Below, piece by piece: positions 23,904 to 36,159 of a stretch of DNA of 64,000 nucleotides. Source of the stretch: Takakia lepidozioides (lineage: Eukaryota > Plantae > Bryophyta); NCBI GenBank assembly GCA_030704615.1, contig CM060731.1, positions 77,810,001 through 77,874,000 on the forward strand, read 5' to 3'. Position 1 is the first letter of the stretch. Each line of letters starts with the position of its first letter. The notes under the pieces were generated by a model. That model had not been told where the DNA came from. It saw nothing but the letters and a program-made list of their open reading frames with translations, and made no database searches. Both the position numbers and the translations under genes were made by a program.

Positions 23904-26092
23904 AGCCAGGCTCCAAAAATGCAGAAGACTGTCTACTAGGTTTTCCCTTGCCCGATCCTACTAGGGCACAGCCGTCCGCTGGCGTGGAGCGCAGGCCTGA
24001 AATCTTTGTGCCTTTCAACGAGAAGGATCGTAGAGTATTTCGGGTATGAAATGATGAAAACCAAAGCCCGCTTTGTGTCGAATATGGCATCAACTCCTTT
24101 ATCGTTTCCACTTGATGGGTTCTGCTTCTACCTTGTCTTCTTCGACTGAGCACTCACGATTAGGGTTGGGTGATTTGAGGCATCATCCCTCGATGGGCGG
24201 TTTGCTTTTCGGCGGAGTCTGCCTGTCGAAGCCGTGCACAGTGGCACTTCGTCTCTGGACATCCGCGTTTCGAACTGGTAAGTTTCGGATGACTCTTCCT
24301 ATTTGCGTGTTTAGTGGGATGTCTTAAAAGTGGGAAGCTCATGATAGGCATGGTGGGAATTTATCTCGGGCACAATAATGTCTCTCAGAACCTTGTGCAC
24401 GTGATGTGGATTTTCAAGCTGCAAACATTGTTACGGAAGGTTTGATGATGTGCTAAGCACAAAAACCTCGGTGCATCCATTCAGTGGTGATCGACGAATC
24501 ATGCTTCTGCTTCTAGTCAGCACAGTTGTTTCACTATCTCAGGAGACCCTAACCATGACGAAACCTTGAAGGTCCTGGAAAAGAATCTTGTCGGAGCGAT
24601 ATTGGGGTTTTGCATAACTGCAGCTCATAAGATGTGTGCGAGTGGGACCATGGTTTTGGCAGTCCATAGAGCGGCTTTCAATGGCACGTGATGATCTAGT
24701 ATGCTAAGAATTGGGTTTTCCTGCAACTGCAATCGCTTTGGTGGGAGATGAAGACAATCCCCTTCTGTTTGTGGGAGTGATAGAGCCATATTTTGCGTTT
24801 GTGCAATCCTGTGGGATGACAGTGTGTGGTTTCTGCGTCCACCTCCACGGACGGCAGCTTGACTTACCAAACTTACTACCCTCTCGGAGTGATGAGTCAC
24901 GCAGCATTGGCATTGTACACTGTCCGGCGACCTCTCTACCCTTATGTGTCAAACTCTCTCTCTCCCCATGTATCGAAGATGAAGATGAGTGCAGCTCTGA
25001 GCATTCGGAAGTTACAATGCACCAAATCTCTTTACCAAGTTTACTTGTTTTTCTACTATTTGTATGGAGGGGTTTGGTGACCCTTTTTCCACACTAGAGC
25101 CTTGTGGTTAGTACAGGAGAAATGAACCATATCCCAAGCTAGCTAGCTTGCGCGAATATGCATACATTTATACACGTCTAACATGCCCAAAGACAATCAG
25201 CAAGGGCATGGCATAGTGAGCCAGGCGAAGTGCGATGATGGAGGGATCCACCAGCAGGCTCTGTTGTCCTTTGCATTCCTTACCATCACATCTTGTGCCA
25301 CCATACAACAGCAAGGGTTTCACCACCACCTGCTCACTAGACTTGCACAATCCATCAGACAACACCTCAATGAATCGGCACTTCGCGTAAAAATTCTTAG
25401 CAGAGGGATGCATCACCTTTGCTTGCTGTCTAGGATGCGGAGTTGAATGATTTCTCAATTAAACATGTTTATGAATCCATCAAATAGACCGAGTGAGAGC
25501 CTTCACAACCAGCTGAATGAAGCTTACACCTCGATTTGAGCAGCAAATAGAGTTTGTGGAATACCTGAGCACATAGTTGAACTATGGTTGGCTTCATATG
25601 AGTACACATATGTATAGTTGGGCGATCCAAGGGGCTGACTCTTTCAACACGTGAACCAAGAGGCTCTCTCTTGGGCTGTGGCAAGATTTAACATCTCAGG
25701 GCATTCCCTATCACAGAAATGATTTGCTCCCTCTCTTCTGTGTCTTTGGAAATTAGCAGTGCTGACTGTGCAAGAAAGACCATGGAAAAGTATGTCAAAA
25801 CCACAGGTACAGACTACAGACTTCAAGCAGCGTATAGAGCTTTGAGATCCAATGTAGTAGTAGCCCTGAGAGTGCACCTCAAGTGTTTTTTCTAGTGTAC
25901 ATATCTGTTGCACGAACATTGTATTGCCTCTTCCTTTATGACAATACTTGGGCACCACATACAGAGTGCTCATCAGATTGTACAGTACCTAGTAGCCTTT
26001 GGTAAAGAGGGACAAAAAAAAGTCACAACAACAGAGGCGGATACATTTGCATGCAATCGTCAACAGCCGCAACTATATTCCAGTCACAATTA

Positions 26093-26971
26093 GCGCCGGT
26101 TTACACGAGGGCCTGGGCCCAAGAAACCATGGGCCCAAGACTAGAGCTTTTGGGCCCACAATCGGGCTGAATGAACTGATTCAAATATAATTTTCAAGGA
26201 ATTCGGCCCTCTTCGCGTAAACGTATTGGGCCCAGGCCTAACGCCCAACCTACACCAATATCAGCCACTCTCCCCCTTCTTCCATTCTCTGTCTTCTACG
26301 CTTCACATTGTTTCCCATCAAATCGTGTATCCCTAAACTATTCAAGCAAGAAGGCATAATATTCTTGTGGCCTTGGTCCTCTTCATGGCCTACAAGGTGT
26401 GATTACAACCATTTTGGCATTGAAACAACTTATAAACGAGCAATTTGCTGGATTGTTGACGATGTTTGTGTTCATCATGGAAGGAGGAGGTCCAAGAGAT
26501 AGAGAGGGCTTATGATTCTACGGGCAGAACCTGCTTTGAGTGCTTGCTGCGAGGTGGCCGCCAAAGTCTCTAGTCTCTACCTGCATATAAACCCATCTAT
26601 GACCTTTTTCAATCCTACGGCTGTGATAGGCTTAAGAAATATATCTTAATGGTAGGTTGCTTGGGCCAAAGGGAAAAAGTTGGGTCTCCATCCCCCAGCA
26701 TTCCTTTCGGTGGGCTGGGCCCAAGAGTTTGGCGCCATAAATCATGCCATGTAGGTAGCCATGTCACTCTCTTGCTCCTTCCGTTGGGTTGGGTTGGGCC
26801 CAAGAGTTTGGCGCCATAAATCATGCCATGTAAGTAGCCATGTCGTTCTCTTGGTGTTGGGCCCGGACCCTCGTGTAAACCGCTTGGGCCCGACTTGAGG
26901 CTCTTGATCAATAGGGATTTCTTGTTTCTAGCTTGGTCTTGGGCCCGGGCCATGGTGTAAACGGCCGGCCC
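26093..26971. mobile_element. Non-autonomous PIF/Harbinger-like element
   Basis: Imperfect TIRs GCGCCGGTTTACACGAGGGCCTGGGCCCAAG and CTTGGGCCCGGGCCATGGTGTAAACGGCCGGCCC, flanked by TTA at 26090-26092 and 26972-26974. An extra internal TIR copy lies at about 26857-26883, and there is an internal direct repeat of about 50 bp. Confidence 0.7.
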
Positions 26972-27702
26972 TTAGTAGGGCCGGAGGCTCGTTCTTGTGG
27001 TCTCCGATGGCAGATAGTAGACTAGAACCAAATCCTTCCTTTGCAACATCCAACCCACAAACCCCTCGGGCAAGAAAAGAATCAGGAATGTTCATGCAGT
27101 AAAGGGGCATGTTGCCAAAGCTAGAGACTTTATATAAATGTGCAGATCAGCTGAATAGCAATGCATTGCGTGAAAACCTGGCAGAGAGGACACAAGATTG
27201 GAGGAGTTCTGCAGAATGTTCAGAGCAAATGTGTGATCCGCAATCCCAGAGTGTCTAACCAGCAATTGTAGAGTAGTCCCCTAGTAGTCCGAGATTCGTT
27301 TGCCTGCAAGAGGTAGATTTTGAAGCTTGAATCAAATTCGTTCTGCACACTTGAGATTATGTAACAGAGAAGCACAGGAACACCAACTGGTGCTGATAGT
27401 GACTGTGAAAGGCCGATCGAGCTCCAGGCTCTGCCATTGATATTGTGAAACTTGTACATGATGTACGATATATGACATCCCTAAGCCCAATACCTGCCTT
27501 ATAGTGACATCTACATAGCCTTTCTTCGATATGATGGGAGCATGAAGTCCACACAACTAACTAGTGCTTTCACCGAGCTGAAATGGAAAAATGTAATGGT
27601 GACAGTGCAGATGTGTGAATGTTCTCAAACCTGTGGTCCGGCTACTGACCAGTAAACTCTTCCAGACAGATTACTAGCATCCGATGCCGGCAGAGTGGAG
27701 TA

Positions 27703-29061
27703 CTATACACGCATCTCCGTTGCCTGGTCAGATTGCAACCATGAATCTATTTGAATGTATGACTGCAGGTCTAATTGCTCCTCCTGGCTAGTACCTTTCA
27801 GCGGCGCGTCAGATGTATCTAGCATCCCTCCTGGTCGTCTGTACTGTGGCTCTGGGATCATTGTCGGAGCATGCGATTTGTCGGACGAGTTTGCGATTCT
27901 GGATGCAGTAACGTAGCCACCATCTCTAGATCTTTCATTGTCGGTCGCATCCCACAGCAAAGGCATGGTATAGGAACACCCTGTAGTTGAATTAGAAGTT
28001 GCACTCGCAGGTGCTGCTGATCTAGTGAGATTGCCATAAAGTGCCATCAGATCGGAGTGATAGACTCGGCTGGACGGGTTGATGTGTCCCGGGGGAGTGC
28101 TGTGGCGGCCCAGCCCCATGTTTCTAGAAGAATCTGAGGTTGGCGCGCCCAAGAGGTCAAGTCCAGATTGACGTTCGGGCTTGCACATTGATGAGTTGAA
28201 TGGGAAGGGAGACATTATGTCGCTTCGTTGCAGTTGTTCTCTGTAATTCAAGCTTGGGACTTCATGTGGAGCCCCAGAAGCAGATGGGTGCGTGGAAGCA
28301 AACTGTGGAAATGGAGGCAGGGCTGGCAAAGGCTGCGAGTTTTCAGGAGCATTCATGCCAGCAAAGGCGCGCTTGGGCTGGGGCCGCACGACATGTCCCC
28401 CGAGCTCTCCTTTGCTGCCAGGCGCCCCAGCTGGCGTCCGAATGCCTGTCAGCTTCTGCACCATGTCTCGGAAATCGCTAGAGCTCGCCTCCATCACTGT
28501 GGTCGGCACACGCCGAGAGGCTCGTGACCGCCGCTTGCTGACTCTGGTCGTGCCAGCGCCCATTGATGCGTAGGCGCCCGTGCGGCCATCCACAGACTCC
28601 GCCTTGCCTGCAGACTCGGCTGAGGAGCGGCCTGAGGTGCTGCTCTCATTGAGCTGCGTCTGCTTGTCTACCGAGTAACCAGGACGAATAGCGGCCATTC
28701 CTGTACTTGCCCAGGAGTTCACAGGTAAAGGCAAAGGCCTCGAATTGTGCGGATTGGAGGTCAGGCAGCTTGCAAGTGTTTCCACCAGCGATTTCTGGAT
28801 GCTATGCGAAGTGGAACTACCCTGTGCATCTCTGGACCGCAGTTCTCGCTCTAAAGCATCTGTGAGAGGCTTGACCTCAGGCCAGCCGCTTCCCGACCCT
28901 CGCATTGGGCTCGGCTCATCATGGCTGTGTGACGGCTTTGCTAATTCCCAGCTCCCCATCACTTCCTCGTGCAGCACGCTCTTGGGTGATTCCACCCCAC
29001 TACACAACTTCTCTATGCGCACCTCGTCGCCTCGCGGCATTCTATCTCCCCTGTCTACCAA
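27703..29061 (-). CDS. VQ-motif protein (WRKY-interacting family), single exon, 452 aa
   Basis: RRSRASRRVPTTVMEASSSDFRDMVQKLTG matches FxxxVQxLTG. Long intact ORF. Confidence 0.92.
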   Translation of the reverse strand: MVDRGDRMPRGDEVRIEKLCSGVESPKSVLHEEVMGSWELAKPSHSHDEPSPMRGSGSGWPEVKPLTDALERELRSRDAQGSSTSHSIQKSLVETLASCLTSNPHNSRPLPLPVNSWASTGMAAIRPGYSVDKQTQLNESSTSGRSSAESAGKAESVDGRTGAYASMGAGTTRVSKRRSRASRRVPTTVMEASSSDFRDMVQKLTGIRTPAGAPGSKGELGGHVVRPQPKRAFAGMNAPENSQPLPALPPFPQFASTHPSASGAPHEVPSLNYREQLQRSDIMSPFPFNSSMCKPERQSGLDLLGAPTSDSSRNMGLGRHSTPPGHINPSSRVYHSDLMALYGNLTRSAAPASATSNSTTGCSYTMPLLWDATDNERSRDGGYVTASRIANSSDKSHAPTMIPEPQYRRPGGMLDTSDAPLKGTSQEEQLDLQSYIQIDSWLQSDQATEMRV

Positions 29062-31649
29062 ATTCCTCCCTCTCCCTCCACCTCTCTCTCTCTCTAGATA
29101 GTCCTATACTCCCTTTCTCACCTCCCCCACCACCGACCTCGTGCACCAGCAAGCTTGTGGCTGGCAGAGAAATGCCACAGAGCTACGCAGACTAAGATCG
29201 AAACCACACCACGAGCGACAGAAACTGAACAACTGGAGAGCCAAGCACTGGCCCCGAACTGTTGCAGGCATGAACATCTACTACCACCTACAAACACTCA
29301 ACACTCAGACCCAGTTCCGGAGAGAGAGAGAGAGAGAGAGATCTAAATATGATCGATCTACAAGTGGATTTTGCAAGGCCCGAGCTTTGTGAGAGATGGT
29401 GTGCGGAGCTTATGCCGTGCGTGTCTCGAAGTGCTGGGCGGATGTAGAGATAAAATGTAAGGAGAGATGGCGGCCCTGTGCTTTTGAGGCTGGTAAAGAT
29501 GCAGAGGGAGAGGGTCAAAGTTCCGCAGCCCGGGTCAGCCTGCTCTGCGCGTTCTTCCCCCCTTCTTCACTCCCAGTCACCACACACCCCCCCATGTGGC
29601 CCGCCCGCCACCTCACCAACACATCAGCAACTGCAAGGAGGAGGAAGACCAAGGAATTCTCATGTTTCCGGATTCGAACCCACCACCTTCCCCAACCTGT
29701 TGGAGTGGTAACTGGTAACTATACCTCCAGAAGGATGACGCCACTGGGAATCCTTATCCCGGCCCGGCCGCAAGCAAATTATTAGTGGGCCTTATTCGAG
29801 CTTACCTTGCGGAAGCTTCGAAATATCGAACCCATTACGACGTGGCTATAGAAAATTCGTGGGCGTCCCATACTAGTGATTTGAGGAATTGGTTAACTGC
29901 ATGGGGATACTTGGAATAGTGTCACGGATTTTGTACGGATGGACAAACGTTATGTGCATTATCACCATCAAAAGTCCGAACATAATCATGCAGGAAGTCC
30001 CGGCCTAGTCCTTGGAATGCCGACTGCGATAATTCGCAACACCCACCAAAATGTACTCATGTTCGAAACTTGCGGTTCGATAATTGCGACTCAAAAAATA
30101 AAATAAAATAATAAAAAATTGCGACTCGGTTTAAACAAAAAACAAAAAGAACCAAGAAAAACAAAAGAGGGGGAGAAATTATTGGGAGAATTCTAGAGAA
30201 TAAATAGTACATGAGGAAAAATGGAAGCATATTTGAGAGTAGGTAGTTGGGACTGCATTGATGTGGGGCAGGATATACTCCGACACTAATCCTTGCTGAC
30301 ATGTCTGGAATGTGGGGCTTTGGCTGCTGTCACCCTCCGTCACCTTTTCTTCTCTCTCCGTGTTGACCACCTTTCTCTCTACCTATATATTTTTTGTGTA
30401 TATCTACCTATAATACTTAGTATATATTTTTGAATAGGGATAGTTATTCTTCTTCCTGGTTTAAGAAGAAGAAAAACAATTCTTCTCTATCTGTAAAATT
30501 AGTTTAAAATATTACCCTCAGAGGTGGGACAAGTTTTACTTTTACTGAGGGTGAGAGATAAATGTCGGCAACGAAATATGGGTGAAGCAGCCAGTGACAC
30601 TAAAGGTCCAGTCGTCCAGTCGGTGGTAATTGTTATTTCTGATATTAACTTAAATCCTCAGAATATTGTGGGAGAGTATCCATTTGAGTTGTGTGATTGT
30701 TTTACTATGTTTCCGGGTGGTTTCTTCATTTACCGGGCCCACGGTAAATGTTGTACATTTTCCTAGTGGCACCTGATGAATGAATGAATGTTTTTTGGAA
30801 GGAAGATCGCGCCGCATTCATTCCTTCTGAGTAACAGGTTGAACAGATTAAACAAACAGAGTGCCGTCCGCCCACCGGTGGAATCAATGCATCGTCGCCT
30901 TCTAGAGAATGGAACATATTGCGGCGCATAGGTGGAGAGGTCGCTACGGTGGCGGCCACATTGTATGAGCCGCATGATAAGTTGGGTATTCCTAGCATCC
31001 GGTAATCAGCGACGTGCCCAACACAAACGAATATCATGTGCGGACCCAATAAATCAAGCTACAAATTGGATGACTGGTTACGACTGCCTTCAACTAATGA
31101 TAAAAATTCTGAAATATATATACCAGTTCACTCGCCTGGGTAGTTGCGTAATTCCTTCAACATTGTGCCTGCAACATCCACTGCCACTCTATGGGCCATT
31201 CTATGGGCCATTGTGACAAAGACTTCGACGCTAACCGACATGATATTGACGTCTGAAGGATATCATAAGAATTTTAAGGAATCAACTTATCTCGGGCTGA
31301 AACCCGCCTCGGTTTCAACTACACTCATGTTAAATTTATGACCACTCTTTCAACTCCATTCAAATTTTACTAAAAAAAGGAGCCTCCAAGACATAAATTG
31401 TGGGTCAAATCTCACCCGCTTTTTCTACTTTCCACTCTATCATCCATCCATCCATCCATAAAAAATGACGAAAAACAATTCCCATGGTCGGAATCCCGCT
31501 TACAATTAACGAAATACTAAAAATCCATGGATTCTTTTGTGACGTAGGTGTATCCTTTTTCGATAACGCCAAGAAGACGATAATATTCAACACCGAAGAC
31601 CAGGTTTTGAAGGATCAGCCCCCCTACTCTCACATTTACATATATCCCT

Positions 31650-31681
<32 letters not shown>

Positions 31682-32016
31682 TTTTACATGCAGGCCAAGG
31701 ACAACTACCCAGCCTGGTACCTCCTTTCCTACCTACCTACCTGCCTACATACCTACCATGACGTATGTAAGCGACTCACCGTATGTAGGTACGGCGACAC
31801 GTATTCGCGCGCAGGGAGCAGGCACGTGGATACGGAAGGTTCGGAAGTTGTCGTGGAGTGTGTCCGTGGCTGCCGCGCCGCTAATCCGCGGCTGTGGCCC
31901 AGTGTGTGCGGCTGCTGTGTAACGGCTGGCGCTTCATTCCTTGTCCGTACCGCCCCACATTACTGCGCGCACTATTTAAAGATCGTCCAGATACGGACGA
32001 AAACTAGCGGACTGTG

Positions 32017-32800
32017 GTCCAGCATCCGTCGGGGCTCGGCAGGGTAAGTAAGTAAGTAGACATCCCTAAGTCCAGCATCCGTCGGGGGAAAAGTCGACCA
32101 AGGATAAATGTTACTTGCTTTTTTGTTATGTCACCCTTAATGTTATGAAATCTTTGCTCTGTAAAAATTTACACTTGAAAATGGCATGAGAACCTTATTT
32201 GATATGTGTTATGAAAATATGGCGCTCCTCTTTGTTAGCACACCTCCATAGTTGTTATTAGATCTTATGCGGAGCCTTAATATAGTTGGTTTGAGAAAAC
32301 ATTCATCCACTCTTATCATTTATCCATGTGTATTTTCAACCCTCTAATGAATAAATATTGTATCCTGTTGGATTAAAGAAATACTATATGCAGTGAAGGC
32401 TGTATGTATTAAACCCTAAACCTTTCCAACTGATATTTTTGTTCTTTTTTTAACTGCTTTATTCTTTTATCAAATGTTATGTTTTGGAGATTGACCTCTA
32501 TTTCTTTATCTGATATATCTACATAAATGCTATAATTTTTCTGCTCTATAGGCATAACAATTATCCAGGGTCGACTGTAGTAAGTAGTAAGTAGACATCC
32601 GCTAGTCCAGCATCCGTCGGGACTCGGGCAGGGTAACTAGTAAGTAATTCCGCTAGTCCAGCATCCGTCGGGACTCAGGCAGGGTAACTAGTAAGTAATT
32701 CCGCTAGTCCAGCATCCGTCGGGACTCAGGCAGGGTAACTAGTAAGTAATTCCGCTAGTCCAGCATCCGTCGGGACTCAGGCAGGGTAACTAGTAAGTAG
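32017..32800 (+). repeat. 51-bp tandem repeat interrupted by a MITE
   Basis: GTCCAGCATCCGTCGGGACTCAGGCAGGGTAACTAGTAAGTAATTCCGCTA units at 32605, 32656, 32707 and 32758. Diverged or partial units at 32017 and 32070. Confidence 0.9.
32091..32577. mobile_element. Tc1/mariner-type MITE
   Basis: Imperfect TIRs AAGTCGACCAAGGATAAATGTTA and TAACAATTATCCAGGGTCGACTG, followed by TA. AT-rich interior. The left TA is not preserved. Confidence 0.6.
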
Positions 32801-35800
32801 ACGTCGTGTCGGAACCGGCAGCACGAAACCCGGCACGGGATTGTGCAGGCTAACCAGAGTTAGATCGGGACCCGAGGTCGGGGTCTGGTAGCGAACAAAA
32901 CTGAGACTGTCGGTCAAAGGCCCGACAGTTGACTGGGAAGCCGTCCATTCAACGGCAGCGGCAGACGGCTATTAATAGCCAGCTACTCGTAGGGTCCGGG
33001 AATGTTCTACGCTCCTCCCCCCACGCGCTTTCCCCACCCCTTGCCGACGTGGCCCGCTCCCCGATCTCATTTCCCGGCGCGAAGCCTCCCAGAACCTGCT
33101 CGGGCTTCTGGAACCCGGAGAAAGGGGGGGTTAATCCTCCGTACACCTACTTTTCACCTCACTCTTCATTGGGGTCCGGTAACTTTCCCGATGCCGCTAA
33201 TTGCCCTCCGAGAACCCCCCCTTTCGTAAGATAAGTAGTTCGGTTCCTAGAACCCCCCCTTCGATGATACTTCCGTCCCCCTTCGATGATGGTTCGGTTT
33301 CGAGAACCTCCCCCGCTTTAAATGATAGTTCGATGATAGTTCGGTGTCGGGTGTGGACTAGGGAGTATGCTCGGATCTTCCTCCAAACACTTATGGGATG
33401 TATCGATCCCTCCCATAAGGATGGCGGAATAAGCGCAAATCCGATGTGGATGACAAAGGAGCTTTTTTGCGAAAACATTTCACCATTTCTGGGGTGCGAA
33501 TCACATGGACGAGTTTGATCGGAACTGCCACGCATTTCGCAGGGTCTCAATGGTCGTCGTCGGCTTACTTGACTTCATTTGACCCCTTTTTGTCGTTCTT
33601 TTCGTTGTTGCTCGCATGAACTCAATTTGGCAGTAGTCACCCTGGGCATGGAATGTTTTCGGTGGGACGAACGAAGAGAAAGATTACGTGGCAAAGATCA
33701 CATGTAATTGTTGGCTGGTAAATAGTACATAGGTAAAAAGTTTCCATAATTTGAAAATTAGTGTTGGCTGGTAAATAGTACATGGTAAAAAGATTCCAAA
33801 ATTTAAAAATTTGGGTTGGCAGAATGGAGGCGTATAAGGGAGGAGGAGTAGTTGACTATTTCCACATTAAATGACACGAAATGATAGAGCACGTGAGGTC
33901 AAATTAGATTGTCAGAGAGAGGGTTAATGTGTCAGGTCAGTGGTCGGTATCGAGGTTAGTGCCATACTAATCGTACTACTCTAGATTAGGGTTAATAGTT
34001 AGTAGTACATCCATCCGAGCAGTGTTTTTCTTAAGAAATTTGGAGAACAGCTACAGGAGTGGCTATAGAGTTTTGCAAAAAGTAGTCGCACATTCTGTTC
34101 ATCCAGTGAAATTAGGATAGAACCATCCACATCCGTACTTTAATTCATTTACATCATCCATGTTTGGTGAATTCATCCATAATTTATTTTTTATTTGGAG
34201 AAGTTTGGCGATTTCATCCATGAAAAACTGGGAATTTACGACAGAATATTCCCCTTTTTTGGGGGAGGTCGAAATCTAGCGAAAATTCGTCAATTCCGAG
34301 GCTACTAATTAACCAGGGTATTAATAGTTAAGTAGTGGGTTAGTCAGTTGACGATCACTAACCAGGGTAGGTTAATGTGTCAGAAGGCGGCGATTAGTCA
34401 ACTGGCTGCTGCCATACGCGCGTTCTGGCCAATAACTTACTGGCCTCCGCGTAAATCAGTTATAGTAAATGCGGTGTAGTTAATGGCGTGGCAGTTCGGA
34501 CGCATCGCACACATGGCTTGGATTCGATAGATAGATGAACGTTGGACGACAGAAGGGTGAATTGGATGGATGATATCTTTCTCTCTCTCTCCTTGGCCCT
34601 TTACGCGCCAGGTCTGTCTGTTTGTGGGGTGAGAGAAACGACGAGTTGTGTGTGGTTCACAAATCTTCGCAATGAATCCCGAAGCAGCCGAAACTTCGGA
34701 CTGACTACCCGGTTTGGAAATGCAACTGCCGAGAATAGGAGGAGTTCAATTGCAGTGGGCATGTGGGATGCTGCACTCTGGCTTTGCTGAGGAAAGATTG
34801 TGAGATCAGTTTTGATTATGAGGTCTGCTCACTATTGATTTGTTCAAAGGAAGATGATAAGAGCTCACTTGCCAGGTAGCTGCGTGCTTCGAAGCTTCGG
34901 GGGGCCCGGGTGCGATGATCGACCATGCACAAAATACCTGCAGGCGTCGTAACTTGTGCTCGATGTTGCGGGGTGGACCCTCAGGAGCGGAGCTTTGAGA
35001 GCCGCAACTTGCACTACAACTTTCCCACTCAAACCAGCTCCATGGGCATGTTAAGCTTGCTAAGGTGTAAGTAGTGATCACTTGAACTGATGAACTTTGG
35101 CTTCCACTGTAGGTGCCCTGAAATTTGAATTTTCCTCTACCGAATAACTTAGTGAGAGTCTCTCTGGATCGTGTTTAGCATCTACAATTGTGAGATGCGT
35201 TTGACACTTCATCGAGGGGAATTTGTGTAGTCTTTCCTATGATCAGTGCTTGAACATACTTTTCATTCACAGATAACAATTAACTCTCAACAGGCACCTT
35301 CCAGCACAAGGTTATGCCACAATCTTAATGGTGCCACAGACTTCTCGTGATGATATTGTTTCAACTCATCAGTCATCTTGTCAACAGTTGCTTGTAGCTA
35401 AAAAACAATCAGCTTACACCATTGTTCGAGTAGTTGGTTTGATCCATATCCACAAAAACAGATTTGTTCTTAGTGTTGTCTTGATCTGTGTGCACATGAC
35501 ATCCCTCGAAAACCATGGCATACAGGACATTACCTCATATCACAAGTCCTACATTCCCCACTTCCATTGACACTCTGTTTTGAACCTCTGTCTATTCAAC
35601 ACTTGCACCTAGATCGTAAATGTGGGTCCTTAATAAAGGTGCAATCAGCAAAGCGGACTCATACCACGAAAAGAATGTATCCAAGTCATGGCCAATCAAT
35701 ACAAGCTTATAAGATATGTCCACCCATAATGCTGTTGCAGTTACTCTCTGAGGAGGGCACGGAAGTTGTCTCCAGCCCTTCAAAGTGGGGTTGAAGACAG

Positions 35801-36159
35801 GGTCACAACAACAGAAAGGAAAAACCCTTCCAACTACCTTCAAGAATTGATAATATCGCTTACTCAATATGTTTTGGTGATGATACAGTACCCCTCAATC
35901 TAGAATTAGAGCTCCTACAACTATAAATATAGGTAAACAATCGTCCCGGATCAATGGATATCAATTTCTATGACACTTTTGTAACTCACAAGAAAAGAGC
36001 CAACCACAGGTACCATAAACTCACTCTTGAGTTCTCCTGGCGTTAGGAGACAGTCATTCAACACGTTTATCAAATAGCACTTGCATCTAACTGTGTGGAG
36101 ACATACAATCAACACACCTTCCAGCAGAGATTAGGAGTTGCTGACTGCCATGAAGCTCC

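Noticed and set aside
24400-26050. Short ORFs upstream of TAF7
   Set aside because: No recognisable domain or coherent exon chain; possibly very old TE debris.
29665-29690. B-box-like GGTTCGAATCC on the minus strand
   Set aside because: No A-box or cloverleaf, so it is not a tRNA.
30640-31360. Coding-looking segment, possibly an organellar or TE insert
   Set aside because: All frames are interrupted and nothing was recognised.
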